DNA from: an uncultured Verrucomicrobiota bacterium
Lineage (GTDB): Bacteria > Verrucomicrobiota > Kiritimatiellia > JAAZAB01
Assembly: GCA_964458525.1 (NCBI GenBank)
Contig: CAYWJE010000001.1
Location: 1-48,520, forward strand
Direction: 5' to 3'
Length of the DNA: 48,520 nt
Shown here: one piece after another, positions 16,028-24,952 of the stretch
Layout: each line of letters starts with the position of its first letter
How positions within the stretch are numbered: position 1 is the first letter of the stretch
The notes under the pieces: generated by a model
The model's database searches: none
The model's input: the letters and a program-made list of their open reading frames with translations, nothing else
Told to the model about the DNA's origin: nothing
Translations under genes and position numbers: made by a program

Positions 16028-17701
16028 ATGAGTATGATGCGGCATAGGTGGGTTCAGAGAAGTCTTTTGAGATCAACCTTCATATCGTTGACGGCCATCG
16101 CGCTTGTTGCCTTGGCGGGTCAGGCGGCAGGCGAGGAGCAGCCGCTGAACCTGCTGGGCAATGCGTCGTGGGAGTTCAGCGTTGACGGCGGCGAATCCTT
16201 TTCAAGGGAGATCCCCGTTATCCCCGCCATGCCGTACAGGACCACGTACCCGATCACGGCTCGCGCGGTTTTCGAGGTGTCCGCCAAGGACGCCCCGGAC
16301 AAGAATGCCGCTCTTGAGTTATTCACCGGCATTCCGTACCTCTGGCGCCCCGAGTACGACCTGAACGGACACGGGTTCGCGCCGCCTCTCAAGGATCTGC
16401 TTCCAAACCTGCCCGTGGACCGGTCTTTCCTCGACGAGGGACGCAACACGCTCACCGCGACGTTCGCCGCCCGCAACGACAGGACCGGCTACACCGGCGA
16501 GAAGCGCGCCGCGGAACCGATCCGGCTGAGCATCGAAAAATGGTCGCTCCTGGTCCTGCCCCAGAAGGCGCCGGAAATACTTAACGGCCCGGTCATTGGC
16601 GCAGTCGGCGCGGGTTCGTTCAGGCTCGCCTGCCAGTTGACCAGGATCGCCGAAGTGCGGGTCTTCAACGCCGGCGGACGCGACAAGAATCCCGTCGCCG
16701 TTTCGCCCGCGGGCATATTCCACAACCTGAAAGTGCCGTTCGAGAAGCCGGGCGCGCCGATGCATTACAGGATCGTCGCGGGCGATGGGGACTACGCGTC
16801 GGAAATGGAAGGAAAGGTGACTCCCTTCAGCCTCGACATCAAGAATCCGCGGTTCGCGCTCTTCAGCGACAGCCAGATGAGCGAGAGCAGGCCGCAGGCA
16901 ACAGCCGGAAAGTTCAAGCTCGTGTGCGACGCCATCGTCAAGCAGAAGCCCGACCTGGTCGCGTCCTGCGGAGACCTGGTGTGCGGAGCTAACTATGACA
17001 CGCAGTGGTTCACTTTCTGGAACGAGCACTTCTTCGTGCCCGCGAGGGAAATGCTGGCCTCTTTTCCGTTCTACACGGTCCAGGGAAACCACGACTACGC
17101 GCCCATGGCCGGGAAGCTGTTCCCGACCCCGCCTCTGCCCTACAAGCTGGACGGCACTTACCTGATACCGAACTGGGCGCAGCGAATCGGGCCCATGCTG
17201 CTGATCGGGATCGAGGGCGGGCAGAACTGGTCCCCCGAGGCCTGTCACTATCAATGGCTCGAAGAGACCCTGGCCGGCGCCGGCGACGCCAAGTTCATTT
17301 TCCTCCTGAGCCATTATTCGCCCTGGACCTCCGGAAGCCACGGGAAGCTCGGTTCCGACGGAATGCCGGTCGAGGGGCCGATGCGACACGCGAAGGAATA
17401 CGTTCTCCCGCTGCTTCAGAAATACGGCGCCACGGCCATGATGGCCGGGCACGACCATTTCTACGAGCGCAGCGAACCGCCCGGCGGCGTGACCGTGATC
17501 ATGAGCGCCGGCGCGGGCGGGCGGTTGGCCGGGAAATACACGGATGCCGAAAAACAGAATCCCCATTCGAAAGTCCATTCGTCGGCGCTCAACTACAGCT
17601 TGTTCGAGGTCAACGGGGATGTCTGCAAGATGACGGCTTTCAACGTCGTCACCGGCGAACCCATAGACACCCGCGAGTGGAAAGCCAGGAGCGCCAAATA
17701 G
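16028..17701 (+). CDS. Secreted metallophosphoesterase (calcineurin-like / purple-acid-phosphatase-like architecture)
   Basis: Metallophos motifs: FALFSDSQ, SCGDLV, YTVQGNHDY, LLSHYSPW, GHDHFYER. Signal peptide MSMMRHRWVQRSLLRSTFISLTAIALVALAGQAAG from ATG 16028. The ORF track also allows 15992. Confidence 0.75.
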   Translation: MSMMRHRWVQRSLLRSTFISLTAIALVALAGQAAGEEQPLNLLGNASWEFSVDGGESFSREIPVIPAMPYRTTYPITARAVFEVSAKDAPDKNAALELFTGIPYLWRPEYDLNGHGFAPPLKDLLPNLPVDRSFLDEGRNTLTATFAARNDRTGYTGEKRAAEPIRLSIEKWSLLVLPQKAPEILNGPVIGAVGAGSFRLACQLTRIAEVRVFNAGGRDKNPVAVSPAGIFHNLKVPFEKPGAPMHYRIVAGDGDYASEMEGKVTPFSLDIKNPRFALFSDSQMSESRPQATAGKFKLVCDAIVKQKPDLVASCGDLVCGANYDTQWFTFWNEHFFVPAREMLASFPFYTVQGNHDYAPMAGKLFPTPPLPYKLDGTYLIPNWAQRIGPMLLIGIEGGQNWSPEACHYQWLEETLAGAGDAKFIFLLSHYSPWTSGSHGKLGSDGMPVEGPMRHAKEYVLPLLQKYGATAMMAGHDHFYERSEPPGGVTVIMSAGAGGRLAGKYTDAEKQNPHSKVHSSALNYSLFEVNGDVCKMTAFNVVTGEPIDTREWKARSAK

Positions 17702-17722
17702 GTGCCTTATGGAGGAGTGAAG

Positions 17723-20050
17723 ATGAATTCAGCAAGACGATCATATGCCGGCGGATTTTGCGCGGTACTGCTGGCCGCCGTCCTCGCCGCGAACCGCGCC
17801 GATGCCGGGAATGCCGCGCCGCTGTTCGACGTGCCGCGCGTGGACGGCATTGGTGTTGACGGCAAGCCCGACGACTGGGGCGAGCGCGGGTTCCGCGTGG
17901 AGATGATCCAGGATCGCACCGGCGAACACAAGGAGCCGAACGATATTGACGTCCGGTTCAGGCTCGGCTGGGACGAGCGCGGCCTGCTGGTTCTGCTCTC
18001 AGTCCGGGATGACGTTCATATCGAGAACGACGAACTTCCAAAGCTCTACGAAAAGGATTCCGTCGAGGTCTACGCGGCAACCGAACGCGGGGCAGCCGAT
18101 CTCTACCAGGTCCAGATCGGGCCGGGCATGGATCCGCGCCGCGGCGAGCTTCGTCATATCTTCTCGGATTTTCGCAAGGACGAGAAACTCGCGAAGGAGC
18201 CGCTCGCCTTCACCATCGAGCAGAAGCGGGCCGACGGCAGTTACGCGATGGAGATGCTGCTGCCCTGGCGGAACCTCGGCATAAGTCCGAAGGACGGCGT
18301 GGAGCTCGCCTTCCAACTGGTGGTGAACGACAACGATGGAGACGGCCGGATCACGAGGCTGCAGTGGTTCCCCGGCTCGGACACGGTCTCGGACAGCAGC
18401 GTGATCCACCGCATCCGGCTGGCCAAGGCGCCGGGCCCGCCCGTACTCGCCGCCGCCTCGTTGTCGTACGAGGGCGCGGACAAGCTGCGCGTCTTCATCT
18501 CCGCGGACGAGCGGCTGGACGGCTCCGAGATCTCGATCGTCGGCGCGGATAAATCGAAGCTCGCCGCGGTTTCTCTCAAGGCCAAAGGGGGCCGGGCCCG
18601 CGGCGAGGCGATCCTGCCGTATCCGCTCCCGGAATCGGCGGGACGGCATCTCATGATGCTGGCCGATGGAAAACAAGTCGGAACCATTGACGAGAAGCTC
18701 ATGCCGCCGCCCGCCCCGGCAAAAGGACGGAAAAACTTCGGACGCGGCATGGCGAGGACGATGTCGCTGCTGGCCGCGAGCACGCCCGAAAAGCGCAATC
18801 GCGTCAAGATTCTGTTCTATGGCCAGTCCATAACGGTCGGCGACTGGTGGAAGATGCTCACCGCCGCTCTTCGCAATCGTTATCCCTACGCCGACCTGGT
18901 GATCGAGAACCGCGCGATAGGCGGGTTCGGGTTCGATGCCCTCCTGCGCACTGCCGAATACGACGTATACTCTTTCTATCCCGACCTGGTTATCCTGCAG
19001 GCATACGGCGCATCCATGCCGGGAGAGGACGGCCCCCTGGAACGGCTCATAACGAACATCAGGAAGAGGACCGCCGCGGAAATCATCCTTTGCTCACATC
19101 ATGTGTCGCACTGGAGAATGGATCATGGCGAGACTCCTCAGTACCTGAAGGATGACGCTAAATACCAGGATGATATGGACAAGGAGAGCAAGGCGATCGA
19201 AGCGCTTGCGGAGAAATACGATTGCGAGTTCATTGATGTCCGAAACGAATGGAAGCGTTATATGAAGGATAACGACATCAATTCGCGCGATCTGCTCTAT
19301 GGCGGACATATTCATCTGAACACACTCGGCAATCCGATCATGGCAATGCTGTTCGAACGTCATTTCCAGTACAACCCGAAGTTTCCATTCAAGTTTCCCG
19401 ATGCCGTCGCCACTCAGCCCGTGAAGCCGGAAAAGGACGGCTCGGTCAAGCTGGAGTTCCATGGCAACAGGATTGACCTCCTGCCCGGCGCCGTTGAAGC
19501 GGGAGACAAGCGCGGCTCCGCCAGGGTTCTGATTGACGGCAAGCCGCCGTCCGAAAATCCGCTCCTCTATGTCCCGACCCGTCCAAGCAAGGCGCCCGGC
19601 GCGTTCTGGCCCGCCTTCATGCTGGTTTCCCACGCCAAGCCGCTGATAATCGAGGATTGGATTCTGCGGGTGACCGCATTCGCGGAAAAGGAGCGCGCGT
19701 TTGAGTTCGAAGTCAAGGGATCGAAGACGGGACCGGACGGAAAAGGCGGCAGCAAGGAGAAATTCGTCTCCAATTCGGAACGCGTGATCATCAAGCCGTC
19801 CGACTGGCGCATGTTCGGCAGGATTCCGAAGGACATGATGGCGCCCGGAAAGGTCGAGGTCGCGTGGTCGGTTCTGCCGCAGTTCCTCGATGTGTACACG
19901 GCCCCGGATATCAAGGATCCGGCGCTTGACCATGCCGTGACCCTGGCGCAGGGACTGGAGAACGGCAAGCACACGCTCGAAATCATCCCGAACGGGGACG
20001 GCGCGGCGCCCATAAAGGCGGTGCGAATATATCGGCCGCCGATGAAATAG
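17723..20050 (+). CDS. Secreted CBM9-like domain + SGNH/GDSL-type hydrolase (motifs retained)
   Basis: GGAGG 7 nt before the ATG at 17723. Signal peptide MNSARRSYAGGFCAVLLAAVLAANRADA. Same CBM9-like blocks as 13502..15802. SGNH positions: ILFYGQSIT (Ser), NRAIGGFG (Gly), GGHIHLNTLGN (His). Confidence 0.7.
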   Translation: MNSARRSYAGGFCAVLLAAVLAANRADAGNAAPLFDVPRVDGIGVDGKPDDWGERGFRVEMIQDRTGEHKEPNDIDVRFRLGWDERGLLVLLSVRDDVHIENDELPKLYEKDSVEVYAATERGAADLYQVQIGPGMDPRRGELRHIFSDFRKDEKLAKEPLAFTIEQKRADGSYAMEMLLPWRNLGISPKDGVELAFQLVVNDNDGDGRITRLQWFPGSDTVSDSSVIHRIRLAKAPGPPVLAAASLSYEGADKLRVFISADERLDGSEISIVGADKSKLAAVSLKAKGGRARGEAILPYPLPESAGRHLMMLADGKQVGTIDEKLMPPPAPAKGRKNFGRGMARTMSLLAASTPEKRNRVKILFYGQSITVGDWWKMLTAALRNRYPYADLVIENRAIGGFGFDALLRTAEYDVYSFYPDLVILQAYGASMPGEDGPLERLITNIRKRTAAEIILCSHHVSHWRMDHGETPQYLKDDAKYQDDMDKESKAIEALAEKYDCEFIDVRNEWKRYMKDNDINSRDLLYGGHIHLNTLGNPIMAMLFERHFQYNPKFPFKFPDAVATQPVKPEKDGSVKLEFHGNRIDLLPGAVEAGDKRGSARVLIDGKPPSENPLLYVPTRPSKAPGAFWPAFMLVSHAKPLIIEDWILRVTAFAEKERAFEFEVKGSKTGPDGKGGSKEKFVSNSERVIIKPSDWRMFGRIPKDMMAPGKVEVAWSVLPQFLDVYTAPDIKDPALDHAVTLAQGLENGKHTLEIIPNGDGAAPIKAVRIYRPPMK

Positions 20051-20144
20051 TTCGTCAAAATCTTTGTTGGCTGAACGGAATGGACAAGGGAGGTTTCCTC
20101 AAACCCCTTCCGGACTTCTTCCAGGCCGCTTAAGGGATAAGGGA

Positions 20145-21965
20145 ATGAGTATATCGGATATGCCGGATCAACGGGTCGCGGTCGTCGCAGGCACGGTTCC
20201 AATCGTCGGAATCCGGCACAATTCCGGCGCTCCGGCGCCCGTGAAGTTTGCCGCCCGCGAACTGCAACGCTACCTTGAATTCATCCTCGGCAACCGCCTT
20301 CCTATTCACGAAGGCGAACCGGAGCCGGGCTGCTTTTTCATAGCCGAGGCGGGATCCGATCCTTCCGCTTCATCCGTGCTCGGAACAACCGATGACGGGC
20401 GACACGATCATGCGGCGGTCAGCGTCGCTGGCGGCTGCGTCCTGCTGGCGGGCGAGAATCCGATTTCCGCGTTGTTCGCGGTCTATGATTTTCTCAAGGC
20501 ACGCTGCGGCGTTCGTTTTTTCGGAGTTGGTCCGGAACACGAATACGTGGTGAAGCGCGATCGCCTCGCGCTGCCGGCCGAAGGGGACGTTCTGCGCCAG
20601 GCATCTGATTTCGCGTTGCGCGACTACTGGACAAGCAGCTTGGAGACGGCGGACTTCGCCGTGAAGAACCGGCTCAATATGGTCTCAATGGGCAGCGCTC
20701 CCAAAGGGGACCGCCTGAAATTCCTGCGCGATCGCGGCGTGATAATTCGCGGGCCGGGCCACATCTGGAGCTCCTTCGTGCCGGATGCCGCACTCTTCAA
20801 GGACCATCCCGAATTCTTTCCAATGAACAAGGACGGCCAACGCGAGATGAGCAAGCGCACCGCCTGTTTTTCGAACAGGGAAGTGAACAGTATATTCCTC
20901 GAAAAACTCAGGGGCTACCTGCGAGCCAACCGTGAATGGGATATTTTCGCCTTCTGGGCGGAGGACGTGCCGGACCCGGTCTACTGCCATTGCCCGGAGT
21001 GCGCGAAAATAACTTTGCGGGACTGGTATATGATTCTGGTGAACCAAGCCGCCCAGCTGGTCGCGGAGGAGTTGCCGCGAGCCCGATTCGAGTTCATAGC
21101 CTACCATGGAACACGCAACCCGCCCGCCGCTGTGAAGCAGATCTACCAGGGCGGACAAAACATGATTCTCAATCTCTGCATCGGCTACAGCCGCGACATC
21201 TATCATCCGCTCGCCTCCGCCACCCACGGGAGCGCGGCTGTCTACGAGATGTACCGGAATTGGCGGAAGTACCTCGATGAGGTCGGTTTCAAAGGACAGA
21301 TACTGCTCATGGAATACTACAACCTCTGCGAGGGGCCGAATCAGGGGCCGCGCGGCCGCGCGCTGCTATGGCCCATGGAGGTGATACGCGAGGATACCCG
21401 ATTCTACCGCGCCGACAAGATTGACGGCCTGGGCAACTGGGTCTGTTTTGAACGGCTTTCCTGGCCAAGTCCTTTCTGTCTTTGGGCCTGGCTCCAGCTC
21501 TACACCGACTGCGATCGCACGATCGAGGAGCTCAAGGACGATTTCTATCCGAAATATTTTGGAGACGCCGGATCAATCGTGCGCCGGTATGCCGATCTGC
21601 TCGAGTCCGCCATGCATGAGCGCGTCACACCCCGCAACATCAAGGCGGTGGAAAGTCTTGCGAAAATACTTGACGAGCCGAATGCCCCCATGCCCGCCGA
21701 TATTGCGCGCAGGATAAATGCGGTGCGCATTCATAACCAATATTGCGTAATGCTCAAGAGAATTTATCAGGCGTTCATTGATGATAACGTCGGACAATGG
21801 CAAGAGCTGGAGAAGCCGTTCCGCGAATTTTTTGAAGTGACGCACCGCCAGGCGCTGACAGGCGAAATGGATATTCCTCCGCATTGGGCAAATTCATGGT
21901 ACGACTACTGGGCCAAAAGCGAGAAGTCGCGAAAACAGCTTGTGGAGAATCCCGCCCGCCGCTGA
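20145..21965 (+). CDS. DUF4838-like protein without an obvious signal peptide
   Basis: The ATG at 20145 is in frame with ORF 20064..21965. HPEFFPMNKDGQRE...ACFSNREV...YCHCPECAKI (C-x-C-x-x-C) is collinear with the other two DUF4838-like paralogs. The N-terminus MSISDMPDQRVAVVAG is not hydrophobic. Confidence 0.55.
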   Translation: MSISDMPDQRVAVVAGTVPIVGIRHNSGAPAPVKFAARELQRYLEFILGNRLPIHEGEPEPGCFFIAEAGSDPSASSVLGTTDDGRHDHAAVSVAGGCVLLAGENPISALFAVYDFLKARCGVRFFGVGPEHEYVVKRDRLALPAEGDVLRQASDFALRDYWTSSLETADFAVKNRLNMVSMGSAPKGDRLKFLRDRGVIIRGPGHIWSSFVPDAALFKDHPEFFPMNKDGQREMSKRTACFSNREVNSIFLEKLRGYLRANREWDIFAFWAEDVPDPVYCHCPECAKITLRDWYMILVNQAAQLVAEELPRARFEFIAYHGTRNPPAAVKQIYQGGQNMILNLCIGYSRDIYHPLASATHGSAAVYEMYRNWRKYLDEVGFKGQILLMEYYNLCEGPNQGPRGRALLWPMEVIREDTRFYRADKIDGLGNWVCFERLSWPSPFCLWAWLQLYTDCDRTIEELKDDFYPKYFGDAGSIVRRYADLLESAMHERVTPRNIKAVESLAKILDEPNAPMPADIARRINAVRIHNQYCVMLKRIYQAFIDDNVGQWQELEKPFREFFEVTHRQALTGEMDIPPHWANSWYDYWAKSEKSRKQLVENPARR

Positions 21966-21988
21966 TTTGAACCTAAGGAGACTGAATA

Positions 21989-24211
21989 ATGAATGAATAT
22001 GAAATATCGCATGTGTTGCCCGGCATCCGACGATCTTCCGCCGCTCTGTTGGCCGCGGTCGCCCTGGTGGCGCTCGCGGCCGGCCCGGCTCGATCCGCCG
22101 CCGAGACAGCGGCGGATCTGGCGAAAATGACCGCCATAGTGACCGGCGCCGCCCCGTCGCCCGTTGAACTTCGAGCGGCATCCCAGTTGAGCGCCTATCT
22201 CTACAAGATGTGCGGGGTCAAACTGCCCGTGGAAAAGCGCGGGAAGACGGAGTTGGACGCGACCGACTTGATACTGGTGGGCGCCGATGCGGCGCTCGCG
22301 GCCGGCTCTGTCACGGCGGACGAGCTTGAAAAAGTGCGATGGGACGGCTACGTCATAAAGGCCGAAAAAGGACGCATCACGGTGGCTGGGCCGCGGGACC
22401 AGGCCACGTTGTACGGCGTGGCCGGTCTGCTGGAACGGCTCGGATGCCGGTTCTACGGCTCTTTTGAGATCGTCCCGCAGCTGGATAGTTCCGAGGTGGC
22501 CGCATTCTCCATATCCGACAAGCCGGCAATGGAGTTCCGGCGCGTCAATATGTCGAATTGGACTCTTAAGACGTCCGGCGACGATATAGGCGACCCGAGA
22601 GAAGCGACGAACCCGGCGCTGTTCACAAGCGAGGCGGGGTCCGATCTCTGGATTGACCACACCGCCGGCTACCTGGTTCCTCCGGAATTATACTTCAAGG
22701 ATCACCCCGAGTACTACGCGCTTGTGGATGGAAAACGCGTGAAATCCACCCGCAACTCTCCGCATCACAGGGTCACGCTCTGCCTCTCAAATCCGGATGT
22801 AACGAGAATTTCCATCGAGCGCGCGCTGAAATGGATCGAGGCGCAGCCCGAAAAGCGCTTCTTCGCGATCACCTACGGCGACACGGACGCGCAGTGCCAG
22901 TGCGAGAATTGCCGCGCCCTCGATCCGACGCCCGGCCGGCATCAGGACCGATTGCTTCACTGGGTGAATGCCGTAGCCCGCGCGGTCGCGGAAAAACACC
23001 CCGACAAGGTGATTCTCTCGTTCGCCTACGGAAACACCAGGTGGCCGCCGGAGAAGACCTTGCCTGAGCCGAACGTTATAGTGCTCTATGCGCCTTTTTT
23101 CGGGGTTTCGACAATCTGCCGTAGCCACCCATACTACATCGGCGCCAACAGCCAGCCGGCGGCAAGGGAGATGGAGGACTGGTTCAAACGCGCCCCGCGC
23201 AACCTCGGCATCTATGAATATTCGCTCGGCCCCGCGATTAAGATGCGAGCCTATGAGAAGAAATTCAAGTTCTGGGCCAAGCGCGGTTTTCGCGGCTTCT
23301 GGGAGTGCGGCCAACCGGACAAGCTGAGAGGCATGGAGACCTTCATTAAAGCAAAGCTCGCATGGGATCCCTCCCTCGATCCGTTGGAACTCGAGAGGGA
23401 ATACTGCGAAGCCTGGTACGGGCCGGCGGGCATGGATGTCTCGGAGTTCCTGGCCTGCGTCTTCGCCGTCTTGGGGGACGACCGCGACGAGTCCTATCCC
23501 GGAGAACGACCCTGCGTCGAAAAGGGGCTTGAGGCTTTTGAAAGGGCTGCAAAAGCCGCGGCCGGAACCGAGTTCGAAAAACGCTTGAAGGATGATTCCG
23601 ATCTGGCCACCTGGGCCGCCGAATTCGAAAAACGATTGGCGGCCATGAAGCAAGCCGAGGCTGCGGCGCCTGCTCCGACGAAGGCGCCGGACGCGGAAAA
23701 GCCCGAACGCACGCTCAGCCTCTCGAAGTCCACTCCGATGCGGCGCAGCGGTTTCAAGTTGGACGCCGAGTTTACGCCTTTGAAGACGATTCTTGTTTCA
23801 GGCGATCTTGATGAAGATTACAAGGCCGCGCTCGCTCTGCGGAAGTATATCGAGGAAACATACAAGGTAGCGCTGCCTGTTGAGAGGAACTCCGTTGAGA
23901 TCAGCGAAAACACGCGCGAGGCCATCCTGGTCGGAAGGAAGGCCGCTCTCGCGTCCGGGCTTGTCGCGGAATCCGATTTCGAAGCCGCAGGTCCCACCGG
24001 CGTCGTCGCCAGGGGGCGGGACGGTCGCATCGCTTTGGCGGCGTCAAAGGATAAGAACATCAGCGATGCCGTCGAGGGGTTCATTCACATTGACCGCGCC
24101 CGCCGGCCTGTCGCGGGCGGCTGGCGGATGACGACGTTCGGATGGATTCGCGAGTTCACGCTTATAGACCGGCCGCCGTTCGGCCCGGTCCATCCGGCCG
24201 GCTCCAACTGA
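21989..24211 (+). CDS. Secreted DUF4838-like protein
   Basis: Signal peptide region RRSSAALLAAVALVALAAGPARSA. HPEYYALVDGKRV...LCLSNPDVTRISIERALKWIE...QCQCENCRALDP is nearly identical in pattern to 9153..11474. Confidence 0.6.
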   Translation: MNEYEISHVLPGIRRSSAALLAAVALVALAAGPARSAAETAADLAKMTAIVTGAAPSPVELRAASQLSAYLYKMCGVKLPVEKRGKTELDATDLILVGADAALAAGSVTADELEKVRWDGYVIKAEKGRITVAGPRDQATLYGVAGLLERLGCRFYGSFEIVPQLDSSEVAAFSISDKPAMEFRRVNMSNWTLKTSGDDIGDPREATNPALFTSEAGSDLWIDHTAGYLVPPELYFKDHPEYYALVDGKRVKSTRNSPHHRVTLCLSNPDVTRISIERALKWIEAQPEKRFFAITYGDTDAQCQCENCRALDPTPGRHQDRLLHWVNAVARAVAEKHPDKVILSFAYGNTRWPPEKTLPEPNVIVLYAPFFGVSTICRSHPYYIGANSQPAAREMEDWFKRAPRNLGIYEYSLGPAIKMRAYEKKFKFWAKRGFRGFWECGQPDKLRGMETFIKAKLAWDPSLDPLELEREYCEAWYGPAGMDVSEFLACVFAVLGDDRDESYPGERPCVEKGLEAFERAAKAAAGTEFEKRLKDDSDLATWAAEFEKRLAAMKQAEAAAPAPTKAPDAEKPERTLSLSKSTPMRRSGFKLDAEFTPLKTILVSGDLDEDYKAALALRKYIEETYKVALPVERNSVEISENTREAILVGRKAALASGLVAESDFEAAGPTGVVARGRDGRIALAASKDKNISDAVEGFIHIDRARRPVAGGWRMTTFGWIREFTLIDRPPFGPVHPAGSN

Positions 24212-24291
24212 GAACGGATTCATCCCGCTGGACGGCCGCGGGAATGCCGGACGATTGCGCTTGTCACTGTAACAAACAGGGGGATAAAACC

Positions 24292-24852
24292 ATGACTGCA
24301 GCGGAATACATGGAAAAAGCCGATTCATCGGCCATCAGATTTCTGGCCACCAAGCCGACGATGATCGTCACGAGTCTGCATGAAAATTCGAAGGTGAATG
24401 CCGGCGTTTTCGGCGCCTACACCAATCTCTCGAGCGAACACGTCGGCGTTGCCGTGTCGCCACGCGCGGACACCTTCAAAAACATCCTGCGCTCCGGCGA
24501 GTTTGTGATCAACATCCCACCGGCTTCGCTGGTCAAGACCATAAGGATATTGGCGCACAACTATCCGCCGGGCATAAGCGAAGTCGAGGAGGCCGGTTTG
24601 ACGCTCAGGCCGGCGGTGACGATCAAGACGCCTTCGATCGCCGAGTGCGTCGCCGCGGTCGAGTGCGTGTTCGATCGCGAGATGCCGACCGGCTCGCACC
24701 ATTTTGTGATCGGAAGAGTTACCGGAGGGTGGATAAGGACTTCCGTGGCGACCGACGAAGGCCGGCTGGACATTTTCAAGGCGCAAGTGTTCAAGGATTT
24801 CTCTTATCCGAAGCCGCTGTACGTCCTGCCGGGCGAAGTCGTTCAGGGTTGA
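24292..24852 (+). CDS. Flavin reductase-like domain protein
   Basis: ATG at 24292 after AGGGGGA. PTMIVTSLHENSKVNAGVFGAYTNLS...GEFVINIP...HHFVIGRV resembles the flavin reductase-like FMN-binding split-barrel family. Confidence 0.5.
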   Translation: MTAAEYMEKADSSAIRFLATKPTMIVTSLHENSKVNAGVFGAYTNLSSEHVGVAVSPRADTFKNILRSGEFVINIPPASLVKTIRILAHNYPPGISEVEEAGLTLRPAVTIKTPSIAECVAAVECVFDREMPTGSHHFVIGRVTGGWIRTSVATDEGRLDIFKAQVFKDFSYPKPLYVLPGEVVQG

Positions 24853-24952
24853 GCAACTGCGCCGAACCGGATGTGTACGTTGGAATTCGGAGCTCAAGCC
24901 CTTGTTCCCGGCGGAAGCACGGCCGGCGCGGCTTGAATGAGGCGAAATTAAG

